Source of the DNA: Alloascoidea hylecoeti
Taxonomy: Eukaryota
NCBI GenBank assembly: GCA_001600815.1
Contig: BCKZ01000003.1
Span: forward strand, 810,581-874,580
Length of the DNA: 64,000 bases
Direction of reading: 5' to 3'
Shown here: one piece after another, positions 63,397-64,000 of the stretch
Layout of the letters: the number at the start of each line of letters is the position of its first letter
Numbering within the stretch: position 1 is the stretch's first letter
Program-made: the position numbers and the translations under genes
The notes under the pieces: generated by a model
Told to the model about the DNA's origin: nothing
The model's input: only the letters and a program-made list of their open reading frames with translations
The model's database searches: none

Positions 63397-64000
63397 ATGT
63401 TCCTCGTACTTATTATACTGATAGGCCTGCATTTGCAATGGACCCTGGCTTACTCAACCTCCTCCAATAATCATGCCCTGACCTCCGATTCCATAGCCCA
63501 TCTAACTAACGTCTCTCTTACTCACCTCAATCCTTCCGATATCCAACTTGACATTGCCATTTCTGGTACATCCACTTCTCATCACTTTTCAAATTTGAAT
63601 AAAAGGTGGTATGTCCTATCGAACCCTCAAACGAAAAATAATGTTAATGACCAGCTAAAACATGTCAAATCACAATACGGCCATTGGTTATATAAATATT
63701 TAACTACTAATTCAACTATTAGAGAAGTGCCCCCTGATCAAAATGATAATTCTTTAAATTTCAGGTTTTATTTATCAGAAAATAATTATTTAAATGAAGA
63801 TGGTATTGAAATATTTCATTTAGACAAAGATGGTAATATGGTCAAATCAAGTTCAAATAATGATTATAGTACAACTAAAACGATTAGTTATAAAGGTCAA
63901 GCATTTAGAAGGTTTCAATACTATAACCTTAATGACGATAATCAAGAATTAAAATACTCTCAAAAACACGTTGGTTGGGCCCGTTTAACGATAACTTATG
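63397..64000 (+). CDS. Secreted protein N-terminus, probably the prodomain of a fungal ADAM metalloprotease (runs off the window)
   Basis: ATG 63397, signal peptide MFLVLIILIGLHLQWTLA, frame open to the window end; HLDKDGN..SYKGQAF..VGWARLTI resembles fungal ADAM prodomains. Confidence 0.65.
   Translation, partial: MFLVLIILIGLHLQWTLAYSTSSNNHALTSDSIAHLTNVSLTHLNPSDIQLDIAISGTSTSHHFSNLNKRWYVLSNPQTKNNVNDQLKHVKSQYGHWLYKYLTTNSTIREVPPDQNDNSLNFRFYLSENNYLNEDGIEIFHLDKDGNMVKSSSNNDYSTTKTISYKGQAFRRFQYYNLNDDNQELKYSQKHVGWARLTITY

Overview
AT-rich, intron-rich fungal nuclear DNA that looks like an early-diverging budding yeast (Saccharomycotina). Supporting signs: GTATGT/GTAAGT donors with CTAAC-type branch points, CTG read as Leu at conserved sites, and the presence of IND1 and an ADAM protease. 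Most of the window is housekeeping genes: IND1, VPS24, OPI1-like, ARD1, AGX1, NMD2/UPF2, SPC2, MAG2, RXT2, PBY1, CYB2-like, TIM12, TAH18, MSF1, PRS1, a DEAD-box-like protein, NTE1, PDX1, MET17, MIG1 and an ADAM N-terminus. Between NMD2 and SPC2 (~13.1-28.3 kb) lies an accessory island of duplications and pseudogenes. It holds a GST-like gene plus a pseudogene copy, a divergent DUF2408/CUB1-like gene, an aspartate aminotransferase pseudogene and two reciprocally deleted RNase III/Dicer-like (Rnt1/Dcr1 family) copies. One copy is catalytically dead but keeps two dsRBDs; the other keeps the catalytic residues but its dsRBDs are lost or out of frame. Features absent from the ORF track include an snR13-like C/D snoRNA inside the intron of an apparently non-coding spliced host, and a nested Ty1/copia remnant cluster at 42-43.8 kb. 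All gene names come from recalled family motifs, not database searches.
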